From an uncultured Candidatus Saccharibacteria bacterium (GTDB lineage Bacteria > Patescibacteriota > CALEFQ01): 64,000 bases of DNA. Each line of letters begins with the position of its first letter. Positions within the stretch are counted from its first letter, which is position 1. Under the pieces are notes generated by a model. That model searched no databases, was not told the DNA's origin, and saw nothing but the letters and a program-made list of their open reading frames with translations. Position numbers and translations under genes: made by a program. The stretch lies in contig OZ246404.1 in NCBI GenBank assembly GCA_965230955.1, forward strand, positions 417,184-481,183. Direction: 5' to 3'. Shown in pieces: positions 1 through 9,066 of this stretch.

Positions 1-872
1 TGCTCGGGCGAACTCCGGAGATGATTGTGGCTTCCCGGCCGATGAAAGACGGCGTGATCGCCGATTATCGTGTGACGGAAGCCATGTTGCGCTATTTCAT
101 TTCCAAGGCGCTTGGCGGCGTCCGTTTCTTCCGCCCCGAAGTCATGATCGCCGTGCCGGCCGGTATTTCTTCGACTGAACGGCGGGCGGTTGAAGACGCG
201 GCCAAGCAGGCGGGCTCCAAAGCGACTTATATCATCAAAGAACCGGTGGCGGCGGCGATTGGCGCCGGTATTCCCATTGCCGATGCCTCGGGTAATATGA
301 TAATTGATATCGGCGGCGGCACGACCGAAGTTGCCATTATTTCGTTGGGCGGTATCGTTGCCTCGGACTCGGTACGAGTGGCGGGAAACAAATTAGACTT
401 GGCGATTTCGGAATATATTCGAAAAAAACACGGCCTGGCGATCGGCGAGCGTACGGCTGAAGATATTAAGGTCAGAATCGGCAACGCGATGTTGCCGGCG
501 GAAGACAGCGACGAGACGATTGAGACTATGGAAATCCGCGGGCGCGATATGGTCGCGGGATTGCCGAAAAATATAAATGTCACCTCAACCGAAGTCACCG
601 AAGCGATCCAAGACGAGCTGCGGGAAATTATTTTGGCGATCAAAAATGTCTTGCAGGAAACCCCTCCCGAGTTATCGGCGGATGTCATGGATAAGGGTAT
701 GGTCCTGTCCGGCGGTGGAGCTTTACTAAAAAATCTCGATAAACTGGTGGCGAAAATTACCGGCGTGCCGTGCTATGTGTCCGAAGATCCTCTCTTGAAC
801 GTGGCGCGCGGTACCGGCGTGGCGTTGGATAATTTGGATTCATATAAACGCAGTATTTTATCGGCGAAATAG
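1..872 (+). CDS. mreB: Rod shape-determining protein MreB (actin-like ATPase), 5'-truncated at the window edge
   Basis: Translation carries MreB/actin-fold motifs (DIGGGTTEVAIISLGG, MVLSGGGALL, VAR/GTG) and aligns closely with the second MreB at 9066..10118. The ORF track begins at 21, but the N-terminus lies upstream of the window. Confidence 0.85.
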   Translation, partial: LGRTPEMIVASRPMKDGVIADYRVTEAMLRYFISKALGGVRFFRPEVMIAVPAGISSTERRAVEDAAKQAGSKATYIIKEPVAAAIGAGIPIADASGNMIIDIGGGTTEVAIISLGGIVASDSVRVAGNKLDLAISEYIRKKHGLAIGERTAEDIKVRIGNAMLPAEDSDETIETMEIRGRDMVAGLPKNINVTSTEVTEAIQDELREIILAIKNVLQETPPELSADVMDKGMVLSGGGALLKNLDKLVAKITGVPCYVSEDPLLNVARGTGVALDNLDSYKRSILSAK

Positions 873-876
873 TTTT

Positions 877-940
877 ACGTCTTTGGTCTTTTGTCTTTAG
901 CCAAAGGCAACGACCAACGACCAAAGACCAAAGACTAAAA
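877..940. repeat. Intergenic palindrome built from GTCTTTG-type 7-mers
   Basis: CGTCTTTGGTCTTTTGTCTTTAGCC...CGACCAAAGACCAAAGACTAAAAC. Confidence 0.6.
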
Positions 941-950
941 CCCTCCCCTC

Positions 951-2069
951 ATGCTAATTGCCATCGACGCTTCTCGGGCGGCGAAAATAGAACGGACGGG
1001 GGTAGAGGAATATACCTACCAATTGATTCGGCATTTGTCGGCCATTGATCGGGAGACCCGGTATATTCTTTACACCGATCGCCCTTTGCCTGCGGAGCTG
1101 AAAGAAAATCTATCTTCTAACTTTCGGGTAAAAATTATACCCTTTTTTCGTTTTTGGACCCAATATCGTCTGCCGCTGGAGTTGCGGCGGGATAAACCCG
1201 ATATCGCCTGGTTTCCGGCTAGCGCCATGCCGATCGGTTATCGGGGGAGGTCGGTCGTCACCATCCATGGTTTGGAATTCGAATATTTCCCAGAAGCGTA
1301 CAGTTTCCGGGAGCGTCTTTACCTGCGCTGGTCGACGCGTTATGCCGTCCGTCGAGCCGTTAGAATTATGGCGGTATCGAATAATACCAAACAGGATTTG
1401 ATCAAACTATACCGGGCCGATCCCGCTCGGATTACCGTCGTGCCGAACGGTTACAGCCGTTATCAGCCGATGTCCGATGCCGGCGATTTGCTGAAAAAAC
1501 ACGATTTGTCGGTGAACCGGTATTTGATTTTTGCCGGTCGACTGGAATACCGAAAAAATATAAAACGTTTGATTGAAGCTTATAATAGCTTCCGGCTTAA
1601 TTCCGGCTGGGCCGGCAAGCTGGTTTTGTCGGGGAAACCGGGATTGGGCGGGGAGGAAATAACGGCGGCGGCCAAGAGTTCGCCTTTTGGCAAAGATATT
1701 ATTTTTTTGGGATATTTGCCAAAGCAAGAGCTGGCCACTTTGGTTCAGCGGGCCGGCGCCTTGGTTTATCCGTCGCTCTACGAAGGTTTCGGTTTGCCGG
1801 TTTTGGAAGCATTTGCCGTCGATACTCCGGTAATGTGTGCGCGAGTTTCTTCTTTGCCGGAAGTTGGGGGTGAGGCGGTCGTTTACGTTGATCCCAGAAA
1901 TGTTCTCGATATTGCAAAGGGGTTAAGAATTGTGGTGAGCGAGCCGAGGGAAAAAAGACGTGATCAGCGCCGCCGACAATTAGCTAAATTCAGCTGGGAG
2001 ATCAGTGCTTCGGGGGTGAAACGAGTCTTGACTGCGCCGGATGAAATTTTGCCCGTCCGGGAGCGTTAG
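951..2069 (+). CDS. Glycosyltransferase, GT-B fold (group 1 / GT4 family)
   Basis: C-terminal GT1 signature EGFGLPVLEAFAVDTPV...SLPEVGG (the E-x7-E region) and a 372-aa length typical of GT4 enzymes. Confidence 0.75.
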   Translation: MLIAIDASRAAKIERTGVEEYTYQLIRHLSAIDRETRYILYTDRPLPAELKENLSSNFRVKIIPFFRFWTQYRLPLELRRDKPDIAWFPASAMPIGYRGRSVVTIHGLEFEYFPEAYSFRERLYLRWSTRYAVRRAVRIMAVSNNTKQDLIKLYRADPARITVVPNGYSRYQPMSDAGDLLKKHDLSVNRYLIFAGRLEYRKNIKRLIEAYNSFRLNSGWAGKLVLSGKPGLGGEEITAAAKSSPFGKDIIFLGYLPKQELATLVQRAGALVYPSLYEGFGLPVLEAFAVDTPVMCARVSSLPEVGGEAVVYVDPRNVLDIAKGLRIVVSEPREKRRDQRRRQLAKFSWEISASGVKRVLTAPDEILPVRER

Positions 2070-2095
2070 CTTGTTGTCGTCTAATCAATAAACTT

Positions 2096-2257
2096 ATGAA
2101 TAAAATTGTTTTGGTTCTGATTATTGTGCTGGCTGTATTAGCGGCTATATTGCTAATCCGTTTGTGGACGCCGGAAGATGACTGGATTTGCCAAAACGGG
2201 CAGTGGGTCAAGCACGGAAACCCCAGTGCCTCGATGCCGACAACGGAATGTCGCTAA
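2096..2257 (+). CDS. Small hypothetical membrane protein (53 aa; one TM helix followed by a Cys-containing tail)
   Basis: ATG-started ORF MNKIVLVLIIVLAVLAAILLIRLW... sits below the ORF-track length cutoff; its hydrophobic N-terminus suggests a TM helix. There is no homology evidence. Confidence 0.3.
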   Translation: MNKIVLVLIIVLAVLAAILLIRLWTPEDDWICQNGQWVKHGNPSASMPTTECR

Positions 2258-2319
2258 GGCAGATTTGGCAGGCAAAAAGACGTAGCTTTGGGGCTATGTC
2301 TTTATTTTGTCAGAGGCTC

Positions 2320-2348
2320 TTGACAGAAATTTTACTATCTGCTAAGAT
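2320..2348 (+). promoter_or_regulatory. Near-consensus sigma70-type promoter (TTGACA, 17-nt spacer, TAAGAT)
   Basis: TTGACA at 2320-2325 and TAAGAT at 2343-2348 with a 17-nt spacer, seen directly in sequence. The predicted transcription start is near 2355. Confidence 0.55.
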
Positions 2349-2354
2349 GTCGTC

Positions 2355-2792
2355 ATGAATGCGAAGCAACGGTTGTTTAACCCGTCATAATGCTTAAACA
2401 TTCAACGGTGCCGCTCGTCTGATGAGCGGAAATTGGAGAGCAACCTATATGGTTGCGGCCGGTAGGTGATGCAAGTAAGGCTAAATACCTGAAAACAACC
2501 TCTATTCCGGCCAAAAAAAAGAGAAGGGCCCCAACGCTAACCAACACGGCATTCGGCATTGCGCCACTGACCAAATTTGGATTTTTAGCGGGGCCCTTAA
2601 TTTTTCTCCAATCATTAAAGAAGTTTTTCCCGAGTCGAGGCTCGGAATCCCGAAAGCGACTGTAGGCCGCTGGTGCTTACATCTTCGTCCTAAATAGGCG
2701 GGACATCTAGGTAAATGGGAGGTTATCCCACGGGAGTAATCCCAAAATTTTTGGCCCTTTTGCATTCGTGCGAAAGGGCCAGCTTTTTTTAT
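2355..2792 (+). ncRNA. Candidate structured non-coding RNA of about 440 nt, class unidentified
   Basis: The unit is bounded by the promoter above and an intrinsic terminator (GGCCCTTT...AAAGGGCC plus a T-run at 2753-2791). The longest + strand ORF lacks an RBS and uses a TTG start; the - strand ORFs look spurious. Long-range complementarity GAAGGGCCCCAACGCTAA / TTAGCGGGGCCCTT (about 2520-2545 with 2575-2600) plus several local hairpins indicate structure. No tmRNA T-arm/ACCA end or RNase P P4 motifs could be recognised by eye. Confidence 0.4.
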
Positions 2793-2825
2793 TCAACTAA
2801 AAACGCGGCTTAAGGCCGCGTCTTT
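2753..2825. terminator. Back-to-back intrinsic terminators (+ strand 2753-2791; second hairpin 2801-2825 serving the convergent - strand gene)
   Basis: GC-rich hairpins flanked by T-runs on the + strand and A-runs on the - strand. Confidence 0.6.
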
Positions 2826-2837
2826 AGTTCACGGTTA

Positions 2838-3470
2838 TTATTTTGTCCCAACCAATTGGACCGCATCGATTTCGGCCCATTCATTCGGAGCTTTGGTCGT
2901 GTCGAAGGTGACTTTTACGGTTTTGGTCTTGTAAGTCGCGCCGGTAACCGGGATCTGCAAGTAATTCAATCCGCGGGTAGTGTCGACGCCGGACCATACT
3001 TCGTGCCAGGTGCCGGTGGTATCTTTGAGTTCCACTTTGGTAACGCAACCGCTACCGTAGCTTTCGCGAATGCGGACGGCAGTCGGCGTGACGGCGGTAT
3101 TGTAGCTTAATTCGAGATATTCGTGCCCGCCGTTCTTTTCGGCCGGGGCCCAGGCATTGCCGTGATCGCCGTAAACATCAATGTTTGGTTGTCCGGTGGC
3201 ATGAGTCGGGGACCAGGAGGCCATACCGGTAGCATTGCCGTAAGTTGAGGAAGCTACGGCGCTGATGGCCCATTCGCCGTTTTTGTCGACGAGAATAGCG
3301 CTGTCAGCTTCGGTGACACTGGCGGTGGTGGTGGGGGTAGCGGTCACAGTCGCAGCCGGGGTCGTAGTAGCGGCGGGAGTTTGAGTCGTCTGTGTCGTGC
3401 TGCAGCCGAAACCGGCTAAAACCAGCACGCCGGCAATGATCACCGGCAGGAGGAAGAGTTTCTTGCTCAT
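2838..3470 (-). CDS. Hypothetical lipoprotein with a Thr/Pro-rich linker and a C-terminal globular domain
   Basis: Signal peptide with lipobox LAGFGC, a low-complexity TTQTTQTPAATTTPAATVTATPTTT linker, and a 210-aa length. No recognised catalytic motif. Confidence 0.5.
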   Translation of the reverse strand: MSKKLFLLPVIIAGVLVLAGFGCSTTQTTQTPAATTTPAATVTATPTTTASVTEADSAILVDKNGEWAISAVASSTYGNATGMASWSPTHATGQPNIDVYGDHGNAWAPAEKNGGHEYLELSYNTAVTPTAVRIRESYGSGCVTKVELKDTTGTWHEVWSGVDTTRGLNYLQIPVTGATYKTKTVKVTFDTTKAPNEWAEIDAVQLVGTK

Positions 3471-3569
3471 GTGTGTTTTTGATTAGATTAATAATTGTTT
3501 TTAGTATAGCATACCGGCATAAACCGGGCAAAATAATAATTTGCGCAAAACCCCGGCTCGTGTTAAATT

Positions 3570-4508
3570 ATGACCATGGATAACACGGCGATTATCGGAC
3601 ATCAGCATATCTGCCGGTTTTTAGAAAATGCTCTGGAAAAGCATAAAGAGAGCCATGCGTATTTATTTTTAGGCCAATCACTGGTTGGCAAGGGGACGGT
3701 GGCGCGATGGTTTTCCTCCCGTATTTCCGGTCAGGCGCCGGCGGGCCAAAACTTGATCTGGCTGGATCCGGAAAAAGGCATAAAAATATCCGACATCAGG
3801 AAATTACGCAGTGGCCTCAGCCTCACTAATCCTTTTGGCGGATTTCGGGTGGCTGTTTTGCGACGGGCGGAAGAGATGACTCCGGAAGCCCAAAACGCTT
3901 TTCTGAAAATTTTGGAAGAGCCGAAAACGGCCGTGGTTTTTATCCTGACAGCCGAGACAATTCAGGGTCTATTGCCCACAATTATTTCTCGAGTGCAAAT
4001 AATCAGATTCACGCCGGTTCCGACCAAAGTTATCAGTGCCGCTTTGCAAAGCCGGGGAATTCCGGCTCCGGCGGCGCATAAAGCCGCTCAATTATCATTG
4101 GGCTGCCCGGGGAAAGCCCGGTTGCTCTGTCAGGGAGAAAATTTGCCTCAGGCCGAAGAACGCCCCCGCGAAATTATCAATCTTTTTTCCTTACTCCCGC
4201 ACCAGCGTTTCAAACTGGTTTATAGTATTTTAGAGTCCGGGCGGATTGATACCTTTTTGGATACGGCCGAGGGTGTCTGGCGGGATCTCTGGCTGTGGCA
4301 AAAGGGAAACCGTCTCGGCCTGGTCAATCTTGGCCTGCAATCCGAAATAGCGGCGCTGTCCTCTCAGGTTAGCTCTGAACAAATCGCCCTGGGTTTACAC
4401 GAAATCAGGCACTGGCGCTATCTCCGGGATCGAAACGTGAATAAAAAGCTGTCGTTGGAACGGCTCATGCTCAAATCTTTTCCTAGTAAAATTAATCAAA
4501 ATAAGTAA
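3570..4508 (+). CDS. holB: DNA polymerase III delta' subunit (clamp-loader AAA+ protein)
   Basis: P-loop-like GQSLVGKGT, an SRV/SRC-type motif ISRVQIIRF, and a length of about 310 aa. Confidence 0.7.
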   Translation: MTMDNTAIIGHQHICRFLENALEKHKESHAYLFLGQSLVGKGTVARWFSSRISGQAPAGQNLIWLDPEKGIKISDIRKLRSGLSLTNPFGGFRVAVLRRAEEMTPEAQNAFLKILEEPKTAVVFILTAETIQGLLPTIISRVQIIRFTPVPTKVISAALQSRGIPAPAAHKAAQLSLGCPGKARLLCQGENLPQAEERPREIINLFSLLPHQRFKLVYSILESGRIDTFLDTAEGVWRDLWLWQKGNRLGLVNLGLQSEIAALSSQVSSEQIALGLHEIRHWRYLRDRNVNKKLSLERLMLKSFPSKINQNK

Positions 4509-4517
4509 AACAAATTT

Positions 4518-5570
4518 ATGAAATGGCGTTTTTCTTTTTTACTTCCGATTATGGCTCTGGCCCTTTTGTTAATGGGAACCAGTTGGATACCCACCTGTGA
4601 TCGCACTTCTGACGGCGGCGTGTTCAAATCAACTGATAACGGCTATACTTGGCAGCAAAAAAACACCATCGGCGAAAAGGAAAACTTGAATCAAGCCGAG
4701 ATTTTATCGTTGAAAATTGATCCGAATAATTCGGCGGTGATTTATTCCGGCGTGAAAGGCAAGGGTTTATACAAAACTATCGATGCCGGCGATAGTTGGC
4801 GGCGGGTCGTGCCGATCGATAGCGATATTCACGCTATCGCGGTTGACGCCAAAGACAGTAATTTGGTTTATGCCGCGTCGCTGGAGGCGACCATCGGTAA
4901 AATCTACAAATCGCCCAATGCTTTCGAGGAAACGATCGAAGAAATCCTGGTTGATCCCCGGAGCGGTCAAGCTTTGATGGATATCGTGATTGATTCATAT
5001 GATTCGAGCCGGATTTATACCATTTCGGAACAGGGCGGCATTTACAAAAGTACCGATTTCGGCAGCACTTGGGCGGCCAAGTATTGGGCCAAGGACAAGC
5101 TTAATCGGGTGCGCCTGAGCCCGTCCGATAGCCGCGTGGTTTATGTCAGTTCGACCGGCAACGGACTGCTAAAAAGTATTGACGGCGGAGAGACCTGGAC
5201 TGAAATCAAAGAGTCTTTGTCGAAATTTCCCGGCGCGCAAAAGATCCATGATTTAGTGGTTTTGAGCAATGAGCTGGTTTATATCGCGACCGATTACGGA
5301 CTGCTGAAATCAATCAATGGCGGAAACAATTGGGAACAAGTCCGCACTTTGATTGCGCCGGAAAAAGTTCCGATTACCGCCATGACGGTTGATCCGGTCG
5401 ATTCCAATATTATCTTCTTTTCCGCGGCGTCTTCTATTCATAAAACAGTGAACGGCGGTGCCACCTGGGCTGATTGGCTGTTGCCGACCGCTCGTCAGGT
5501 CAGCACTCTGGTGCTGGATCCTAAATCGTCGGAAGTGATTTATGCCGGGACTATCAAAGTAAAAAAATAA
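4518..5570 (+). CDS. Secreted BNR/Asp-box repeat beta-propeller protein (Ycf48/sialidase-like fold)
   Basis: N-terminal signal peptide and at least six S/T-x-D/N-x-G-x-T/S-W Asp-box repeats (STDNGYTW, TIDAGDSW, STDFGSTW, SIDGGETW, SINGGNNW, TVNGGATW). Confidence 0.7.
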   Translation: MKWRFSFLLPIMALALLLMGTSWIPTCDRTSDGGVFKSTDNGYTWQQKNTIGEKENLNQAEILSLKIDPNNSAVIYSGVKGKGLYKTIDAGDSWRRVVPIDSDIHAIAVDAKDSNLVYAASLEATIGKIYKSPNAFEETIEEILVDPRSGQALMDIVIDSYDSSRIYTISEQGGIYKSTDFGSTWAAKYWAKDKLNRVRLSPSDSRVVYVSSTGNGLLKSIDGGETWTEIKESLSKFPGAQKIHDLVVLSNELVYIATDYGLLKSINGGNNWEQVRTLIAPEKVPITAMTVDPVDSNIIFFSAASSIHKTVNGGATWADWLLPTARQVSTLVLDPKSSEVIYAGTIKVKK

Positions 5571-5576
5571 ATTCAT

Positions 5577-6119
5577 ATGGACAGCGAGAAAAATTTCAAA
5601 CAACAATGCCAAAAAGCGCTGGAGCATTTTGAAGCCGAACTGGGGAAAATTCGCACCGGGCGGGCCAATCCGTCTTTGGTGGAGGATTTGCCGGTAGATT
5701 ATTACGGGACTCCGACCCCGTTGAAGCAGATTGCTTCGGTCTCGACGCCGGAGCCCAGGATGATTTTGATTCAGCCCTGGGACAGAAACGCCGCCGCCGG
5801 TATCGAGAAGGCGATTCAAAAAGCCAATCTCGGCCTGAACCCTTCGAATGAAGGCGACAAAATCAGGATTGCTTTGCCGCCGTTGACGGAAGAGACGCGG
5901 CGCGATATGGCCAAAATGGTCAAAGAAAAAAAAGAGGCGGCCAAAATCGCCGTTCGGAGTCTGCGGGAAGAAGCGATTGAAGAAGTGGAAGGCCAGTCTG
6001 GTGTTTCGGAAGACCAGATCGAAAGCACCAAGGAAAAAATTCAGAAACAAGTCGATGAGCATAACGAAAAGATTGACAGTCTGGGCGACGGAAAAGAGAA
6101 GGAGATAATGACAATCTGA
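5577..6119 (+). CDS. frr: Ribosome recycling factor
   Basis: Length of about 180 aa and RRF-typical sequence (GKIRTGRANPSLVEDL, PPLTEETRRDM). Confidence 0.85.
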   Translation: MDSEKNFKQQCQKALEHFEAELGKIRTGRANPSLVEDLPVDYYGTPTPLKQIASVSTPEPRMILIQPWDRNAAAGIEKAIQKANLGLNPSNEGDKIRIALPPLTEETRRDMAKMVKEKKEAAKIAVRSLREEAIEEVEGQSGVSEDQIESTKEKIQKQVDEHNEKIDSLGDGKEKEIMTI

Positions 6120-6135
6120 GCCTGCCTGCCGGCAG

Positions 6136-6215
6136 GTCAAAAGTCAAAAGGCAAAAGTATAAATTTAGGGGAGGAAGTTTAACTTTTGACTTTTGAGTTT
6201 TGACTTTTTACTTTT
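6136..6215. repeat. Intergenic palindrome built from GTCAAAAG-type 8-mers
   Basis: GTCAAAAGTCAAAAGGCAAAAG...CTTTTGACTTTTGAGTTTTGACTTTTT. Confidence 0.6.
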
Positions 6216-6220
6216 TATTT

Positions 6221-7342
6221 ATGATTATTGTTACCATCATTGTTTTTGTCGTCATTCTCGGGATTTTGATTTTTGTCCATGAATTGGGGCATTTTATTGC
6301 GGCCAAAAAAATGGGCGTGCGGGTGGAGGAATTCGGATTCGGTTTTCCGCCCCGAATTTTCGGTATAAAGAGGGGCGAAACGGAATACACGATCAACTGG
6401 ATTCCCATCGGCGGTTTTGTGAAAATGACCGGTCAGAGCGATTTTGAAGTGAACGATCACGGCAAAGCCAAGGCTGATCCGCGAAGTTTTGTCTCAAAAA
6501 AACCGTGGCGGCGCGTCATTATTTTGTGCGCCGGGGTGGGCATGAATTTCTTGTTGGCGGCGGTTTTGCTGTCGATCGGATTCATGGTCGGTTTACCCTC
6601 GGCCGTCGGCGATAATCTGCCGGCCGGCGCCCGGGTCAGCGATCAGCGGATCCAAATACTGGCGGCGACCTCCGGTTCGCCGGCGGAAGCGGCGGAATTT
6701 CGTTCGGGCGACACCATCTTGAGTCTAGACGAGGTGGCGCCGGAGAGCGTGGTCGCAGTTCAGGAATATGTCCAGCAGAGCATCGATCGGCCGGTGACGG
6801 TAAAAATTGAACGCGGGACGGAAATTATCGATAAAGAAGTTACGCCGCGCGGGGATGCGCCCGAGGGCGAAGGCCCGCTGGGAATCACCCTGGCGGAAAC
6901 CGCGCGGGTGTCTTTCCCTTGGTATCAGGCGATTTGGCAGGGAATCAAGGCGACCGGCGATCTGACCGTGCAAATTGTAGTCGCTTTCGGAAAATTGATC
7001 GGCTCGCTCTTCACTACCGGCCAAGTTTCCGGCGACGTGGCGGGACCGATTGGGATCGCCGTTCTCACCGGCCAGGTGACCAAGCTCGGTTTTGTCTATG
7101 TCTTGCAATTCACGGCTTTGCTGAGTATCAATTTGGCGATCATCAATATCTTGCCTTTTCCGGCGCTGGATGGCGGACACCTACTCTTCTTATTGATCGA
7201 AAAAATCCGCGGCGGGAAGACAATGAAACAGGCCAAGGTGGAAAATATCATTCATCTGGTCGGATTCGCGTTTTTGCTTTTATTGATCGCCCTGGTGACT
7301 TATCGAGATCTCGGCAAGTTTTGGGGTAAAATTTTCGGATAG
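6221..7342 (+). CDS. rseP: RIP zinc metalloprotease (site-2 protease RseP/YluC family, M50)
   Basis: HELGHF zinc motif in the first TM segment, a PDZ-like middle region, and a C-terminal LDGG motif (PALDGGHLLF). The ATG at 6221 is preferred over the upstream TTG at 6200. Confidence 0.8.
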   Translation: MIIVTIIVFVVILGILIFVHELGHFIAAKKMGVRVEEFGFGFPPRIFGIKRGETEYTINWIPIGGFVKMTGQSDFEVNDHGKAKADPRSFVSKKPWRRVIILCAGVGMNFLLAAVLLSIGFMVGLPSAVGDNLPAGARVSDQRIQILAATSGSPAEAAEFRSGDTILSLDEVAPESVVAVQEYVQQSIDRPVTVKIERGTEIIDKEVTPRGDAPEGEGPLGITLAETARVSFPWYQAIWQGIKATGDLTVQIVVAFGKLIGSLFTTGQVSGDVAGPIGIAVLTGQVTKLGFVYVLQFTALLSINLAIINILPFPALDGGHLLFLLIEKIRGGKTMKQAKVENIIHLVGFAFLLLLIALVTYRDLGKFWGKIFG

Positions 7343-7368
7343 TTGATTTATAATCTTTCCATAAATTT

Positions 7369-9066
7369 ATGAAAGTTTCTCGTCTTTTCGGCAAGACCGT
7401 CAAAAAAGCTCCCACTGATATCCAGGTGGCCAGCCATAAGTTTTTGTATCAGGGCGGATTTATCCGCGAATTGGTGGCGGGGCGATATGAATTTTTGCCG
7501 TTGGGATTCAAAGTCTGGGAAAAAGTTTTGCGGATCATAGACGAAGAGATGAAAAAAATCGAGGCCCAGCGCGTGCTGACGCCGACTCTGCATCCGATCG
7601 AAATTTGGAAAGAAACCAATCGCGATCAGGCCTATGGCGCGGCGTTGATGCGCGTCAAAGACCGGCGGGGCGCCGAATTCGCCTTGGGTGCCACCGGGGA
7701 AGGTATTTTCGTCGATCTGGTGCGTAAATTCAAACCGTCTTACAAAGATTTGCCGATTTATCTTTACCAGTTCAGTGATAAATTCCGCGATGAAACGAGA
7801 GCGCGCGGCGGTCTGTTGCGGGTGCGGGAATTCACCATGAAAGACGCTTATTCTTTTGATCGGACCGAGAAAGATTTCCTGAAAACGTACAAGATTTTCT
7901 GGCAATCATATCTGGATATCGCCAAACGTTTTGATTTGCCGGTGATCGTGGTGGAATCGGATAACGGAGAGCTGGGCGGGGATTACGCCCATGAATTCAT
8001 GGTTGCTTCCGAAGTCGGCGAAGATACCGTTTTGAAATGCTCATGCGGTTACGCGGCCAATCTGGAGCGAGCCGAGTTCCGGCGGGATGAGAAAAATTTA
8101 TCCGAGGAGATGAAGGAAATGAAAGTGCAAGCGGCTCAGCGCGGTCCGACTATCGCTGACGGCGTGAAATTATACGGCCAGCCGGCCTGGCATCAAATCA
8201 AAACAGTGGTCTACGCCACGGAGCGGGGTGAGTTTTTGGCGGTGGCTTTGCGCGGCGACTTGGAGATAAACGAGGTCAAATTGAAACGATTGGTGCGGGC
8301 GAATAATTTGCGCCCGGCGACCGAAGCCGAAATCGCCCAATTGGGCAGTGTGGTCGGATTTATTTCGCCGTTGAAATTGAAGATCAAAAAAATCGGCGAT
8401 CTGTCTCTTCGCACCGTCCGTAATTTTTCGACCGGAGCCGATAAATTGCACCGAGATACCGTCAATGTTAATTTCCCGCGCGATTTTCAGGTTGACCTTG
8501 AGGGCGATGTCGCCAACGCGCCTGCGGGCAGTATCTGCGCTCGCTGTCAGACCGGCAAGCTCACGGCTTTGTCGACGGTCGAGTGGGGCAATATTTTCAA
8601 GTATGACACTTTTTATACCAAGCCGATGCAAGGGGTTTTCGTTGACGAAGACGGGACGGAGAAAGAACTCTGGATGGGCGCTTACGGCATAGGTTTGGGG
8701 CGCACCATTGCGACGATTATCGAAACTCATCATGACGCCAAGGGTATTATCTGGCCCAAAGAGGTGGCTCCTTATCAGATCCACTTGGTAACGGTCGGGC
8801 ATGACCCCAGGGTTGCCAAGGAAAGCCAGATGGTTTATGATACTTTGATCCAAAACGGCTGGGAAGTGCTCTGGGATGATCGCGATGTTTCGCCGGGATG
8901 CAAGTTTGCTGACGCTGATTTGATCGGGATTCCGCTCCGTTTGGTGATCAGTCCAAAAACACTGGATAAGCAAAGCTATGAATGGAAAGAGCGGTCGCAG
9001 TCAGAGATCAAAATGATAAAAACCGGCGAATTAATACCGTTAGTTAAAAAATATTATCAACGCTAA
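7369..9066 (+). CDS. proS: Proline--tRNA ligase (class II aaRS)
   Basis: Class II motif 2 FRDETRARGGLLRVREFTMKDAYSF, a ProRS-like N-terminus, and a length of about 565 aa. Confidence 0.85.
   Translation: MKVSRLFGKTVKKAPTDIQVASHKFLYQGGFIRELVAGRYEFLPLGFKVWEKVLRIIDEEMKKIEAQRVLTPTLHPIEIWKETNRDQAYGAALMRVKDRRGAEFALGATGEGIFVDLVRKFKPSYKDLPIYLYQFSDKFRDETRARGGLLRVREFTMKDAYSFDRTEKDFLKTYKIFWQSYLDIAKRFDLPVIVVESDNGELGGDYAHEFMVASEVGEDTVLKCSCGYAANLERAEFRRDEKNLSEEMKEMKVQAAQRGPTIADGVKLYGQPAWHQIKTVVYATERGEFLAVALRGDLEINEVKLKRLVRANNLRPATEAEIAQLGSVVGFISPLKLKIKKIGDLSLRTVRNFSTGADKLHRDTVNVNFPRDFQVDLEGDVANAPAGSICARCQTGKLTALSTVEWGNIFKYDTFYTKPMQGVFVDEDGTEKELWMGAYGIGLGRTIATIIETHHDAKGIIWPKEVAPYQIHLVTVGHDPRVAKESQMVYDTLIQNGWEVLWDDRDVSPGCKFADADLIGIPLRLVISPKTLDKQSYEWKERSQSEIKMIKTGELIPLVKKYYQR

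Noticed and set aside
227-688. Antisense ORFs embedded in clear housekeeping genes (for example 227..688-, 5310..6140-, 8170..8973-, 9521..9835-, 35345..36182-, 48444..48923+)
   Set aside because: They lie entirely inside well-supported genes on the opposite strand, lack an RBS and have low-complexity, Arg/Pro-rich compositions typical of antisense frames of roughly 50% GC coding DNA.
2418-2440. CUGAUGAG string resembling a hammerhead ribozyme core
   Set aside because: The flanks give only a simple hairpin (CCGCTC-gtctgat-GAGCGG); no stem II / GAAA / stem III arrangement is present.
2377-2765. Three overlapping ORFs (2377..2574-, 2453..2665+, 2502..2765-) inside the candidate ncRNA
   Set aside because: They overlap one another on both strands, the + strand one starts with TTG and has no RBS, and the region is bracketed by a promoter and terminator consistent with a non-coding transcript.
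6200-6220. Upstream TTG start proposed by the ORF track for rseP
   Set aside because: The ATG at 6221 gives the conserved N-terminus (MIIVTII...HELGHF), and the extra seven residues come from the preceding palindromic repeat.
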